DNA of 63,652 nt, filler included, from Chlamydiia bacterium (GTDB lineage: Bacteria > Chlamydiota > Chlamydiia > Chlamydiales > FEN-1388): the NCBI GenBank assembly GCA_903848235.1. It is 7 parts of 7 records of this genome, joined end to end, with 100 filler letters (N's around TTAATTAATTAA, not from the genome) between each part and the next. Parts side by side here need not be neighbours in the genome. Positions count along the whole stretch, not along the records: positions 32,516 to 51,173 come from CAINFV010000115.1; positions 51,274 to 61,581 come from CAINFV010000116.1; 5 more parts are not named here. The stretch is one strand, 5' to 3'. Positions 41,611 to 52,110 of the stretch are shown piece by piece. How positions within the stretch are numbered: the stretch's first letter is position 1; every line of letters starts with the position of its first letter. The position numbers were made by a program, and so were the translations under genes. Under the pieces are notes generated by a model. That model was given only the letters and a program-made list of their open reading frames with translations, was not told the origin of the DNA and made no database searches.

Positions 41611-41637
41611 GAGGGCAGTATGAACGTACTGCCCTCG
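41611..41637. terminator. Hairpin, probable terminator
   Basis: GAGGGCAGTA...TACTGCCCTC. Confidence 0.55.
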
Positions 41638-41663
41638 TAGAGGTGAACGTCTATACAGATGGT

Positions 41664-42188
41664 TTATGACTTTTGCTTTACTGAAGATACGTCTTGTGTC
41701 GGGGCTTGTTCTCGTTTTGCCTTCACTTTTTGGCCGCTTGCCATATGATAGACAGTGACAGACCCGCGTTTGCCAGTATCGCCGAAGCCGAGCTTATCGC
41801 CGACTGCCCAGCGGGCAACTTTTTTTCGCATCGACGAGCTAAAGGAGATTTTCGATCCATCACTTAAAATCATGTTTTTCCCATCGCTGGCAATGGATGT
41901 GATCGCGACTTCTTTTGTGATGTTATGCTGGTGAGAAGTAGTTTTATGCTGGCACCACCATGCGGCAAGAGCTTCTTGCTCTGCGGGGGATAGCTTTTGG
42001 ATTCCAGTGCGTGTCTGTTCTGAGGGTGTCATTTTGCAAAAGGGCTCTTTGAGAGAAGAGACATCTGCTTTTACTTCTTGCGACGGTGCCGCTGGCGCTT
42101 CTTCACTCATGATCTGTTGAGATGAAAAGAGAAGGGGGGCACAAAGGAGAGAGACGATGCGAATATACTGTTTCATGAGAAGCCTCAT
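41664..42188 (-). CDS. Secreted hypothetical protein, paralog of 42302-43126
   Basis: Signal peptide; MTPSEQ..TGIQKLS..EQ.AL..W and LSDGS...W..GD motifs. Confidence 0.75.
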   Translation of the reverse strand: MRLLMKQYIRIVSLLCAPLLFSSQQIMSEEAPAAPSQEVKADVSSLKEPFCKMTPSEQTRTGIQKLSPAEQEALAAWWCQHKTTSHQHNITKEVAITSIASDGKNMILSDGSKISFSSSMRKKVARWAVGDKLGFGDTGKRGSVTVYHMASGQKVKAKREQAPTQDVSSVKQKS

Positions 42189-42301
42189 TGCTAGTGGAAA
42201 ATAGAAAAAACTTGGTGCACAAAATACTGTTATAGTTCATCGCTCTCTTTTTTGCAAAAAAAGAACTGCTGTGATTTCACAAGTGTGAGAATCAAAAAAA
42301 G

Positions 42302-43126
42302 CTACTGCTGATAATAGCTTGGATTTATTTCTTTGTTTGGAGGATTTCCCAAAACAGCATCACCGCTATCCAGGTTGACAAGTCGGTATCGGTAGGCGGC
42401 GTCAGTACTCCGTTCAATTCGAATTCTATCGTGTGTTGTCCAGGTAGCTTGTACGAGCTGCTGGCCTGTCGGCGCTACGATCCAGACGTCTCCCGACAAA
42501 AGGGTGATCGTAATGCCATCTGGCGTGATGGAGTCAATGACGGAAGCGCCCCTGAAATATGCTGGGCTGTCAGCAGCTCTTTGGCCTTCAGGATTTGCAG
42601 GCCGGGCTCGTATCCCCCCTACCTGCTCGTGCCGCTCTTCGTTGAGCAGCTGGTATTGCCGAACAATGTCACGTTGATTTTTTACGATCGTGATTCTCTG
42701 CCCTCGGGCCCAGAATTGCGCAATGGGCTGGTCGATGGCGGTGATGTTCCAGACAGACCCGTCTTTGAGTTCGATGGTTGCTCCGCCTTTATTGCGAAAG
42801 ATCGTTTGATTTGCTTCTTTCCGCTCTTTAGCAGCTTCTGCTTTTGGAATTGGCCGTGGCTTGAGATATCCTGGCCATCCTCCTACCCACGCAGATAATG
42901 ACATTGACGGATGGTAGGTCGGCGCTTGCTGCACCACATGCCGCGTCCAGGTGTTGAGCCAGCGCTCGAAAGATTGTCGCTCTGGAGGTGTCATACGGTC
43001 TATGCCGCTTGCCTCCTGCTCTTTTCTGTCCATCACCATGTCAATGTCCAGGTCATCGCCGGCAAGAGGGGATGAAGCAAGGATCAGAGAAAGACACGTA
43101 CAGGAGAACATCGAGCGTACGAACAT
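42302..43126 (-). CDS. Secreted hypothetical protein with two beta-rich repeats
   Basis: Signal peptide; LKDGSVW..WARGQRI and LLSGDVW..WTTHDRI. Confidence 0.75.
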   Translation of the reverse strand: MFVRSMFSCTCLSLILASSPLAGDDLDIDMVMDRKEQEASGIDRMTPPERQSFERWLNTWTRHVVQQAPTYHPSMSLSAWVGGWPGYLKPRPIPKAEAAKERKEANQTIFRNKGGATIELKDGSVWNITAIDQPIAQFWARGQRITIVKNQRDIVRQYQLLNEERHEQVGGIRARPANPEGQRAADSPAYFRGASVIDSITPDGITITLLSGDVWIVAPTGQQLVQATWTTHDRIRIERSTDAAYRYRLVNLDSGDAVLGNPPNKEINPSYYQQ

Positions 43127-43153
43127 ACAGACACCTTGTCGGTGAGGGGTTAC

Positions 43154-44737
43154 TCAGGTACTTTTAGAAACTAGCAGATTAGAAATATCTGTACAATGGG
43201 GAGACTCTTGCTGGAGGGCAAGGATCAGCTGGTACAGCGGCCGTGGGAGGCAGCCATGTTGTTGTGCTAGCTTTACGGCAATGTCAACTTCCTTCCACGC
43301 CCCTGTAATGTTCATCCGTTCGAGATAGAGGTAGGCAAGGAAGGCATGGATACTGCAGAGAGCTTCTTTTCGTGAGCAGAGCTGCTCTAAAAGAGGAAGT
43401 GCTTCTTTAGGCTTGCCATATTCGAGCCACGCGTGGGCTAAGTGAAAAGGGATGACGAAGCTATTAGGACACCCTGCATTGACTTTTTGAAGTGCGTCAA
43501 TGGCCTTCAGAAGCTCCTCTCCTTCTGTATCTGAGAATTCAATGATGGTCGCCGCCGCCTCTTTCGAAAGCGCGCCATTGCTTAAGTCAACGAGGAGGAG
43601 ATCTGGCTCGAGGCGGTAGTTGGGAAGAGAGGCGAGCGTCTGCTGTGCTATTGCTTTCGATCGGCTGCTATTGCCAATGAGAAGCTCGCAGAAGCTGATC
43701 ATCTGCAGCAGCTCCTCGCCAGATTCAAAACGAAGGGCTTTTTGGTATGACGCCAGGGCGTCTTCCCATTTCTTGTCTCTTAAATAGTGAGATGTTCTGT
43801 TGAAGATCACCATGCCGATGACTTCTTTCATCGTCTTCTCTGGAAGAGACTTCAACGAGAGGCCTAGATACTGCTCTATGGGGATGCAAATGCCACGTGC
43901 TGTTGTTTCTATAACGTGGATTTCTGTGGGCCCCTTATGGGCAACGAAGATGTGTCCCGGGGGTGTGCAAATCATCAGCGGCAGGCCAATACGCTGAGCG
44001 AGGGTGAGGTAGAGGACGCTTGAGCCAAGGCAGACCCCTCGTCGGGAAAAGAGGACGGTGGAGAGATCTGAAAACTGTTGGGTTTTTTCAAGAGCTTCGG
44101 ACTGGCTTGGAAAGCGAATTTCTAATTCGTCAAAGAGCAGGTGTGTGAGAGCTGTGATTTTTGTCTCATCATCAGCATCCTTCCCCGTGCGTGCGAGGAG
44201 CTCTAATGCCAGGACGTCGAGCGCAGCTTCTACTGCTGTCAGGCTTCCTGGGTTGGGAGTGTCGATGAGGATTAACGCTCTTGCTAGATCAATCTCGTCA
44301 GGAGAGAGTGTTTCGATCTCCTGTAATGTCTGTGCGTTGTGGCCTTTGAGCTTTCTGTGGGGTAGAGATTCTCCGATACTCGCTATCAGGCGGACAGTCT
44401 CTAAAGAGAGGTCTTGAGGAGAGGATTGAGGGATAGCCCCCGGCTGGATGAGTTTGACAAGGGTCATTGCCGTGGATGCAAAATCAGGGGGGAGGGGAGG
44501 AGGGTTTTCAGAGACCTGTCCTGAAAGGATTTTCCATGCTTGCTGCAACGCAGACTTGCCTTCAATCGTCTCGGGGTACAGTGATGAGAAGAGGAGGAGG
44601 TCGCGAAGGGACGACGGGTGTATCCGTGCACGGAGGGCTTGGCGATGGGAGTCCTCGTTTTCAGTGGCTATTGCAGGGGTGCAATGGGAGAAGCAGGTTA
44701 TGAAAAGAAGAATCCATACTACAAATCGCACAGTCAT
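43154..44737 (-). CDS. Transglutaminase-like (SirB1/Transglut_core2) TPR protein
   Basis: RRGVCLG..LYL.LAQR, TPPGHIFV, IETTARG; TPR-like C-terminus; near clpB as in Chlamydia. Confidence 0.85.
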   Translation of the reverse strand: MTVRFVVWILLFITCFSHCTPAIATENEDSHRQALRARIHPSSLRDLLLFSSLYPETIEGKSALQQAWKILSGQVSENPPPLPPDFASTAMTLVKLIQPGAIPQSSPQDLSLETVRLIASIGESLPHRKLKGHNAQTLQEIETLSPDEIDLARALILIDTPNPGSLTAVEAALDVLALELLARTGKDADDETKITALTHLLFDELEIRFPSQSEALEKTQQFSDLSTVLFSRRGVCLGSSVLYLTLAQRIGLPLMICTPPGHIFVAHKGPTEIHVIETTARGICIPIEQYLGLSLKSLPEKTMKEVIGMVIFNRTSHYLRDKKWEDALASYQKALRFESGEELLQMISFCELLIGNSSRSKAIAQQTLASLPNYRLEPDLLLVDLSNGALSKEAAATIIEFSDTEGEELLKAIDALQKVNAGCPNSFVIPFHLAHAWLEYGKPKEALPLLEQLCSRKEALCSIHAFLAYLYLERMNITGAWKEVDIAVKLAQQHGCLPRPLYQLILALQQESPHCTDISNLLVSKST

Positions 44738-44811
44738 CTCCTATGTGAGGTTGCCATGATGGTACTTCTCATCATGAATTTTCAGCAGGAGAAAATGGAG
44801 TTTCAACCATT

Positions 44812-44831
44812 GAGGCTTTTGCAAAAGCCTT
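44812..44831. repeat. Palindrome made of the IS5-like end
   Basis: GAGGCTTTTGCAAAAGCCTT. Confidence 0.65.
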
Positions 44832-44850
44832 ATTGTCCGAAGATTATTAA

Positions 44851-45699
44851 TTACCTCTCGTCGGTCATTATCGCTGTGATAGACAATAAAACAGCACTGT
44901 CCTTCACCCAAAATTCGTAGAGTTTCCAATCACCTTTAAAGGGTTTTGCTGCGGCATCAAGCTTCTCGGAAATAATGACTCGATTTTTTGACAGCACCGT
45001 TTGTCCAAAAGCTTTTATAAGACGACAGGCAGTATGATAATCGATACGATCTGTGACGTCCTTGTAGAAGGTATTGATCTCATCATGACAGAGCATATTC
45101 GCTAGTGTCTCGGAAATAACCCAATCGCTTTGGGTAAATGTCTCTACAGGGTGGTCTTTTGTAAGTTCATACCAAGGAGTTGGGCTGACATAGGCTCTTC
45201 TGAACCGTTCTTCGGCGGATTTTACTTCTAGAGGTGATAGTTTGGGAACGACTTTGGACAGGTTCAAAGTTAAGTCGTCGAGCAGATTCACGTATGTTTC
45301 TGTGAGAGGGTTTGGCCCTGGTTGTTGAAAAAAAGAGGCGCCAATGGCTGCAATTTCATTTTTCTTTTTTTCGCTTCGAGCAGTTGTGTGAGAAGATGCC
45401 AGGAGTTCTATAAAAAATCTGTTTTTTTCGTCCTGCGGTGTGGAGAAATCAACTTTCTTTGCAAGACTTTCTAAGACCTTTGTGCTGGCCCACCGGAGTA
45501 CGTCAGGATCTGGGTCCTTTAGCAGGTGGTTGTAGAGCGATGTGGCTTTCTCGTCTGTGCTTTTTTTGCTGAAAACAAGGCTTATATATTTGAAAAAACC
45601 GCTGATAGAGATGAGGCCTGACTTCTTTGTAGTCCCTCGACTACTTGCCTTGGCATAATTTTTAAACGACTGAGTGCCTAGTGGGTCTGGAATGGACAT
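44851..45699 (-). CDS. ORFan, paralog of 45954-46787
   Basis: Shared SLYNxLLKxPDP, PWxELT, FTxxDWxxSETLA, TVLSKN. Confidence 0.8.
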   Translation of the reverse strand: MSIPDPLGTQSFKNYAKASSRGTTKKSGLISISGFFKYISLVFSKKSTDEKATSLYNHLLKDPDPDVLRWASTKVLESLAKKVDFSTPQDEKNRFFIELLASSHTTARSEKKKNEIAAIGASFFQQPGPNPLTETYVNLLDDLTLNLSKVVPKLSPLEVKSAEERFRRAYVSPTPWYELTKDHPVETFTQSDWVISETLANMLCHDEINTFYKDVTDRIDYHTACRLIKAFGQTVLSKNRVIISEKLDAAAKPFKGDWKLYEFWVKDSAVLLSITAIMTDER

Positions 45700-45894
45700 T
45701 ACAAGCCTGTTTCTTTAGGGCCAAAAATTTTTTCGTTCTAATTATGCCTTAGATTCAACTTCGTTGGACGGCCATCTAGAGAACTTCGCTCTTAAGTCAA
45801 GAACTACACTGTTACTAGCTCTTGACACCGCCTGGAATCGCTCAATCTGGCTCGCCCAACATCGTTGCTCTTAACGAATAGGTGGCAACACGGT

Positions 45895-45953
45895 TTGAAA
45901 GTTGCAGTGTTTTTCTCACGCGTCAAATCGATTCTTGAACGAGAAGCGGTATA
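45895..45953. repeat. Family A fragment ending GCGGTATA, abutting a stop codon
   Basis: TTGAAAGTTG...GATTCTTGAACGAGAAGCGGTATA. Confidence 0.7.
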
Positions 45954-46787
45954 TTACCTTCCCCACTCAAGCCATTTGCTTGCTGACTCTTTAAACCATT
46001 TTTGATTGAGATTCCAGTCTGGATTAGCATTCCGGTCTATTCCATATACATCATCAATTTTCCGAGAAATGAGGGATGGATTTTTTGACAACACTGTTCG
46101 TTCAAAGGCCCTAACACATTGATCTACAACTCCTATCGAGGTATAGTGTAGGATGTCTCTCTGGAAATACCTGATTGCTTCACCATAGCGAATACGTGCT
46201 AAGGTCTCGGAAACAATCCAATCAGCTTCTGTAAACTTCGCTACTTCTTTGCCACGCGTGAGTTCTTCCCATGGTTCTAGAGTGAAATAGGCGTTTTCAA
46301 ATCGTTTTTCGGCATCTTCGATTTCTTTGGAGCTGAGAGGAGGCTTCGCTGCCAGTAAGTTCGATTTCAGCAAGCTCAGGCTGTTCAGATAGGTCGAGTC
46401 GTATGTGGTCCTAGACGGGTGAAAAAATACAGAGCCGGTATCGACAAGTTTCTTTTGTGTCGAAGTATCTTTTTCAGATGCGTGTGAAAGCGCAAAAAGC
46501 CTCATGATTTTGTTTTTTTCATCCGAAGATTTGGCTGCGTTAGCCTTGTGTGCAAGTTCAAATAAAACCTCTTTGTCGGCCTTACCGAGAATGCTAGGGT
46601 CTGGATTTTTTAATAACTCGTTATACAGCGACTGCGCCTTATCTTTTGCGGAACCGCGGAAAGGAACGGTGTATACATATTTCAACTTACCGGCAATTGA
46701 TAGGCGTCCAGGCGGCTCTCTTCCTCTGCCGACTATCTCAGCATATGTTTTAAAGAGGGAAATGCCTTGAGCTTCTTCAGTAGACAT
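45954..46787 (-). CDS. ORFan, paralog of 44851-45699
   Basis: AAGGAG RBS; full-length similarity to neighbour. Confidence 0.8.
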   Translation of the reverse strand: MSTEEAQGISLFKTYAEIVGRGREPPGRLSIAGKLKYVYTVPFRGSAKDKAQSLYNELLKNPDPSILGKADKEVLFELAHKANAAKSSDEKNKIMRLFALSHASEKDTSTQKKLVDTGSVFFHPSRTTYDSTYLNSLSLLKSNLLAAKPPLSSKEIEDAEKRFENAYFTLEPWEELTRGKEVAKFTEADWIVSETLARIRYGEAIRYFQRDILHYTSIGVVDQCVRAFERTVLSKNPSLISRKIDDVYGIDRNANPDWNLNQKWFKESASKWLEWGR

Positions 46788-46995
46788 CGTTGCCTGCTCC
46801 TTTTTTGATTGAAAACAAAACTTGTCTTTTGGCTTGCACTCTCGTCATCCGGTTAATTTTTGTCAATTTTTTTTGTCTTTCTATGGATGACACGTCGCAC
46901 ATTGAAACTTTACGTGGAGATGAGGTACTATAAGGTACTTGTATCCTTAGGAGACATCCCAAGGAAACGAAAGACATACACTGGGGGATTTTTTA

Positions 46996-47871
46996 GTGAA
47001 AGGGATGACGGGTTTCGGCCGAGCAAAGGTAGACAATGGACGCATGGAAGTCATCGTCGAGATTTCATCCGTTAACAAGCGTCACCTGGATCTCTCGTTT
47101 CGCTTGCCACGGGGGTACCAGCAGCTAGAAGGTGCTCTTCGGCGCGAGCTCTCTGCAAAACTCTTCCGAGGGCAGGTGAACATTGGGATTTCAGTGCGTC
47201 CCCTCGACGCGGCTACGGCATCTCTTCTGCTCGACTGGCCGAAGATCGATGGGCAGCTGGAAATGCTACGGCAGATTGCGGAACATCTTCAATGCCCTGT
47301 GCCAACAGAGCGTGCTGCATTTGAACTGTGGCGGGCACGGCTAGAGGAAGAAGGAGAACGCGAAGAGTGTCTCCCAGAGACCGAAGGGTTGATCCTCAAA
47401 GGCGTGCAAGAGGCAGTAGCGCTCTTCGACAGCCGCCGGATGGCAGAAGGCGCCTTTTTGGCCGACGATCTTCGCAAGCGCTTTTTGCTGCTTCGCCAGA
47501 TGAAGGCGGAGATTGCCCGTAAGATGGAAGGGTGTGTGGATCTGATTCGGGTGCGGCTGACGGAACTACTAGAGAAGCATGTGCCGTCCCTGGCATCTGA
47601 TGACAGAGTGCTGCGCGAGGTAGTTCTCTATGCTGATAAAGCCGATGTCAGCGAAGAGCTTGCCCGCATAGACCATCACCTAGATCATGTAGAGAAAGTG
47701 TTCGACGATAAGGCGCCAGCAGGGAAGCTTTTGGAATTTATCTTACAAGAGCTTCTTCGTGAGTTTAACACCCTTGGTGCGAAGACATCGGTGTCCGATG
47801 TTTCAACGACTGTTGTATTGGCAAAAACAGAGCTCGAAAAGATGAGAGAGCAGGTTCAGAATGTGGAATAA
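46996..47871 (+). CDS. yicC: YicC/YloC-family endoribonuclease
   Basis: MTGFGRA, SVNKRHLD, DVSEELARI, GKLLEF..QEL.RE.NT.GAK, REQVQNVE. Confidence 0.95.
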   Translation: MKGMTGFGRAKVDNGRMEVIVEISSVNKRHLDLSFRLPRGYQQLEGALRRELSAKLFRGQVNIGISVRPLDAATASLLLDWPKIDGQLEMLRQIAEHLQCPVPTERAAFELWRARLEEEGEREECLPETEGLILKGVQEAVALFDSRRMAEGAFLADDLRKRFLLLRQMKAEIARKMEGCVDLIRVRLTELLEKHVPSLASDDRVLREVVLYADKADVSEELARIDHHLDHVEKVFDDKAPAGKLLEFILQELLREFNTLGAKTSVSDVSTTVVLAKTELEKMREQVQNVE

Positions 47872-48466
47872 GGATCTTGTACAGACATGGCCGCATGGGC
47901 AGCTGTTTATCATCAGCGCTCCTGCTGGTGCTGGGAAGACAACACTGGTAAAACAGCTTGTAAGCGCGTTCCCAAATGTCGTACAAGCGCCGTCGCTTAC
48001 AACGCGGCCGCGACGTGGCGATGAGGTCGAAGGGAAGGACTACCACTTCGTGTCGAAAGAGGACTTTGTTCAAAGAGAGGTTAATGGAGAGCTTTTAGAA
48101 CATATAGAACTCCATGGATATTTATACGGTACCTCACGAGTTGAAATAGAACGTGCACGGTCAGCAGGACATCATGTTATCCTCGTCCTGGATACTAGGG
48201 GGGCTCTTGCACTACAGCACGTCATGAAGCCTGTCTTGATCTTTATCAAGCCGCCCTCTATCGACGCTCTCCGTGAGCGTCTTGTACAAAGGGCCAGTGA
48301 AGATCAGCAGTCACTCGAATTACGGCTCTCATGGGCAAAAAAAGAGCTTTCTGATGAAAAGCACTTTCACTACACCATCGTCAACGATGATTTGAAGATG
48401 GCATTCCATGTGCTTGCAAGCATCATCATCGCGGAGAGCCACAAGATCATAAAAACGAAGGAATGA
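47861..48466 (+). CDS. gmk: Guanylate kinase
   Basis: SAPAGAGKTT, TTRPRR..EVEGKDYHF, YGT. Confidence 0.96.
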   Translation: MWNKDLVQTWPHGQLFIISAPAGAGKTTLVKQLVSAFPNVVQAPSLTTRPRRGDEVEGKDYHFVSKEDFVQREVNGELLEHIELHGYLYGTSRVEIERARSAGHHVILVLDTRGALALQHVMKPVLIFIKPPSIDALRERLVQRASEDQQSLELRLSWAKKELSDEKHFHYTIVNDDLKMAFHVLASIIIAESHKIIKTKE

Positions 48467-48699
48467 GCATGTTAAGAAATTTAAAATATAACGAGTGTTT
48501 AACAAACGAGCTTCTCGGTAAGCAAGCAAAGAACCAGTTTGATCTTGTAAGCCACGCCATTAAAATGGCAGAGTACCTTGTCAAATCTGGGAAGGCAGCA
48601 GTAGATTGGCCCGATAACATTGCCTTTGAAGTGCTGTGCCGTATGGCGGATGAAGGTACCGAAAAGCTCGAACACGAGGTGTTCAAAGGGGAAGAATAA
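48463..48699 (+). CDS. rpoZ: Probable chlamydial RNA polymerase omega subunit
   Basis: 78 aa directly after gmk; LTNE.L.....NQFDLV.HAI..A. Confidence 0.7.
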   Translation: MSMLRNLKYNECLTNELLGKQAKNQFDLVSHAIKMAEYLVKSGKAAVDWPDNIAFEVLCRMADEGTEKLEHEVFKGEE

Positions 48700-48704
48700 C
48701 AGCC

Positions 48705-49334
48705 ATGCTGAGTGGGCCAATAGAAAACATTGGGCTTCAGACGATAGTGCTCGTATGCGCATCGCTTCTGGGAGTTCTCACCATCTTATTCTTTCTCCTC
48801 TGGGTAGGGTGGAAGAAAGAAGGTGTGCGAGGCAACACATGTCCGTATTGCAAACGTCCGATGCGTCTTGGCATTGACGTTGCAAAGTCTATTACCGGCA
48901 TGGTCAATGCGTTTTTAGAAGAGCAGCTTCAGCCTGAGAACCCAAAGATCGATTTTGCACGCGCTGCATTTTGCCCTGTATCAGGAAGAATCTTCCCAGA
49001 ATGTGTTTCGAATACAGAGCAGATAACACTGTCATGGAGCTTTCTTAAAAAGCGCTGTGAAGGGGCCTTCGTCTCTTGGGGGTCGCTATCAGAAGAGGAG
49101 AAGGGGATCTTAAAGCTTCTCCATGGCTCGCTAGAAGGATTTCAGATAGAACAAAGCTCATCGCGTCTTCGCCCCGAAGAGGTAGAGGAGGACTTGCTAG
49201 CTCTCTCGCCAGGGCCTTTGTACATCGACCGCAAAGCGAAAGTAGTGATGGGCTGGAAAAAAGTTCCTGGAACCTATTTTGAAGTGTTCGTGGTGCAGCA
49301 ACCTCATTTTCAATCTCTTGAAGAAACTCTGTAG
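48705..49334 (+). CDS. Membrane-anchored protein with CPYC and CPxSG motifs
   Basis: N-terminal TM; in operon between rpoZ and metG. Confidence 0.75.
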   Translation: MLSGPIENIGLQTIVLVCASLLGVLTILFFLLWVGWKKEGVRGNTCPYCKRPMRLGIDVAKSITGMVNAFLEEQLQPENPKIDFARAAFCPVSGRIFPECVSNTEQITLSWSFLKKRCEGAFVSWGSLSEEEKGILKLLHGSLEGFQIEQSSSRLRPEEVEEDLLALSPGPLYIDRKAKVVMGWKKVPGTYFEVFVVQQPHFQSLEETL

Positions 49335-49339
49335 GCATT

Positions 49340-51173
49340 ATGTCTCGACAAAAAGTATTGGTCACTGCCGCGCTGCCCTATGCCAATGGCGCTATTCATT
49401 TTGGCCATCTGGCCGGCTCCTATCTTCCTGCGGATTGCTATGCTCGCTTCTCGCGGCTCATTGGCAATGAGGTCTGTTTCATCTGCGGTTCTGATGAGTA
49501 TGGCGTTGCAATTGCGCTGAGTGCTGAACAGGCCGGAAAGACTCCCCAAGAGCATGTGGACCATTTTCACGCGATTAACCAGCAGTTATTTGCAGCCGTT
49601 GGGATGTCGTTTGACCACTATTCGAGAACAACATGGGGCGGCCATAAGGCAACGGTCGATGATTTTTTCCTGACACTGAAACGCAATGGCTATATCGAAG
49701 ATAAAGAGTCTGAGCGGCTGTACTGTGAAGAAGATGGTCGCTTTTATGCTGATCGGTACGTCATGGGAACCTGTCCGAAATGTGGCTTTGCAAATGCTCG
49801 TGGTGATGAATGCACGTCATGCGGCGCTAGCTACGAAGCAGAGGACCTGAAAAATCCACGTTCAAAAATTGGCAATAAACCACTTACAAAAAAGAAAACC
49901 CGCCATTGGTATCTTCGCCTCGATCTTTTTAAGGAGCGTCTTCTCCAGTGGCTGGAAGGCAAGCCCTGGAAACAAAATGTAGTGAACTTCATAAAAAAAT
50001 ATATCGAAGATATTCGCCCACGCGCTATTACCCGCGACATGAAGTGGGGGATCCCCGTTCCCTTGCCAGAGGCGATGGGCAAGGTTTTTTACGTTTGGTT
50101 TGATGCTCCTATTGGCTATATCTCTGCTACCAAAGAGTGGGCGGAGAGCATCGGCGATCCTGACCGCTGGGAGGCCTTTTGGCTCGACGCTTCATGCCGC
50201 CTGATTCAATTTCTTGGGAAAGATAATATCCCATTCCATGGTGCTGTATTTCCGTCGATGATCATGGGGCAAGATCTGCCGTATAAACTTGTCGATGAGA
50301 TGCCAGCGAATGAATTCTATACCTTAGCAGGCCGGCAGTTTAGTAAGTCAGAAGGGTGGTTTGTTGACCTTGCTACCTTCTTAGAAAAATACACTGCAGA
50401 CCAGCTTCGCTATACGATTGCCTCTAACGCCCCTGAAACACAAGATTCAGAGTTTACCTGGAAAGATTTTCAAAATCGTTGCAATGCCGATCTGTTGGGG
50501 AAATTCGGGAATTTTGTCCATCGTACTCTTGTCTTTGCAAAAAACACCTTCTCAGGTGTTGTCCCAGAGGCAAAAGACCTCTCAGAAGATGATGTGAAAT
50601 TTCTCGAGCGCTGTAGAGAACTAGCGTCAGTGGCTAAGAGCTGCTACTCGCAGTTTCGACTACGAAAGGCTGCACAGACGGTGATGGAAGTGGCACAGAT
50701 GGGAAATGTGTACTTTGACATCAAAAAGCCATGGCAAAAAGGGCAAGATCCGCAGTCAGTGCATAATACCATTCACTGCTGCCTTGAATGCTTAAAAATC
50801 CTGTCTTTGATCTCTTCTCCGATCATTCCGACAGCGTCATCACAAATCATCCATCAGCTAGGGCTCGAAGCGCAGTTTCAGAGCCGTGGGTGGGACGAGC
50901 AGATGGCCTTTGTATTGCCGTCAGGACATCGTCTTGGCAGCCCAAGCCCTCTGTTTAGAAAAATTGAAGACGAAGAGATTTTTTTAGAAGAGGCAAAACT
51001 CCAATCACATGCACAACCAGGACCTGCGGCTGCCGTGCCAGAGGTAGCGCCTATCGCTATTGATGACTTCCGTCGTGTGACAATGGAAGTCGTGGAGATT
51101 GTGAAGGCAGAGCTGGTGCCTAACAGCCAGAAGCTCTTGCTGCTTCATGTCCTCACACGTCAAGGGCCTCTGC
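49340..51173 (+). CDS. metG: Methionine--tRNA ligase, 3' truncated
   Basis: ALPYANG.IHFGH, zinc knuckle, YVWFDAPIGY, GKDNIPFH, FSKS. Confidence 0.97.
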
Positions 51174-51273
51174 NNNNNNNNNNNNNNNNNNNNNNNNNNN
51201 NNNNNNNNNNNNNNNNNTTAATTAATTAANNNNNNNNNNNNNNNNNNNNNNNNNNNNNNNNNNNNNNNNNNNN
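51174..51273. other. Artificial contig linker
   Basis: N44-TTAATTAATTAA-N44. Confidence 0.99.
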
Positions 51274-51931
51274 CCCCTGCATAAGCCTGTAGAGTTATTT
51301 TATTTTCTAAAGTCATCTTCTCCAGACATCCTTTCATCTTCTCCCGAGGTTCTTTCATATCCTCCTGATGGTTTTTTGGAACATCTACTACTATCATAGC
51401 TAACAAGCTTATGTATTCTGTTTCAATGTCAGCATCAGACATTCTCTTCGAAGCAACCGGCGTTACCTCTTCTAGCTTTTTCCCTTGAGCTGCCACCCTA
51501 TGAGCACTAATCCTCAGCTCTAATAGAGATTTCATCGTCTTGAATATATCCTTCGTACCTTTCACAGCACGCCCACTGATGCGTGTAGAGAGGTTTTCGA
51601 ACGCCGCCTTAGCTGTTTTTACCGCTGTGAGCAGCGCCTCTCTATCTTTGGGCGCCATCATTGCTAGATTTTTTGGGTTTACCAATTCGGTAAGAACCAT
51701 GAGCTTTGCAAAAATGTCCGAAAGTTGTGCGCATTTATTACCCTGTGTTGTCCCAATAGCGGCGCTGGCTGCCTTTTCAATCTTATCTAATCGTGCTTTG
51801 ATGTCCGTGGCAAGCTCATGGCCTGAAAGAGAGGTAACTGTTCTACCACCTGCAAGAGCACCCTTTGAAGGCACTCCCTGGCCTCCTTGGGGAGTCTCGG
51901 CAGGTTCCCACTGCGATGGAATCGCTCCCAT
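51274..51931 (-). CDS. Helical ORFan, candidate effector, 3' truncated
   Basis: GAGGTG RBS; P/G/Q-rich disordered N-terminus. Confidence 0.7.
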
Positions 51932-52054
51932 AAAATCTCACCTCAAAGAATTTTTTTTCATTCCTCTTTTGTTCTATAAAAAGTTGGGAATAAAAAAACA
52001 ATTTTCTGAAGCTGTCTTTTGTAGCTAGCAATACAAGACGTGAGCAGAAGAGAG

Positions 52055-52110
52055 TCTCAAGCCATTTCCCCGACAAAAATACTGCAACTTTTCAACTGTC
52101 ACCGATTTAT
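52055..52110. repeat. Degenerate half copy of family A abutting a stop codon
   Basis: TCTCAAGCCATTTCCCCGACAAAAATACTGCAACTTTTCAACTGTCACCGATTTAT resembles 59996-60049. Confidence 0.75.
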
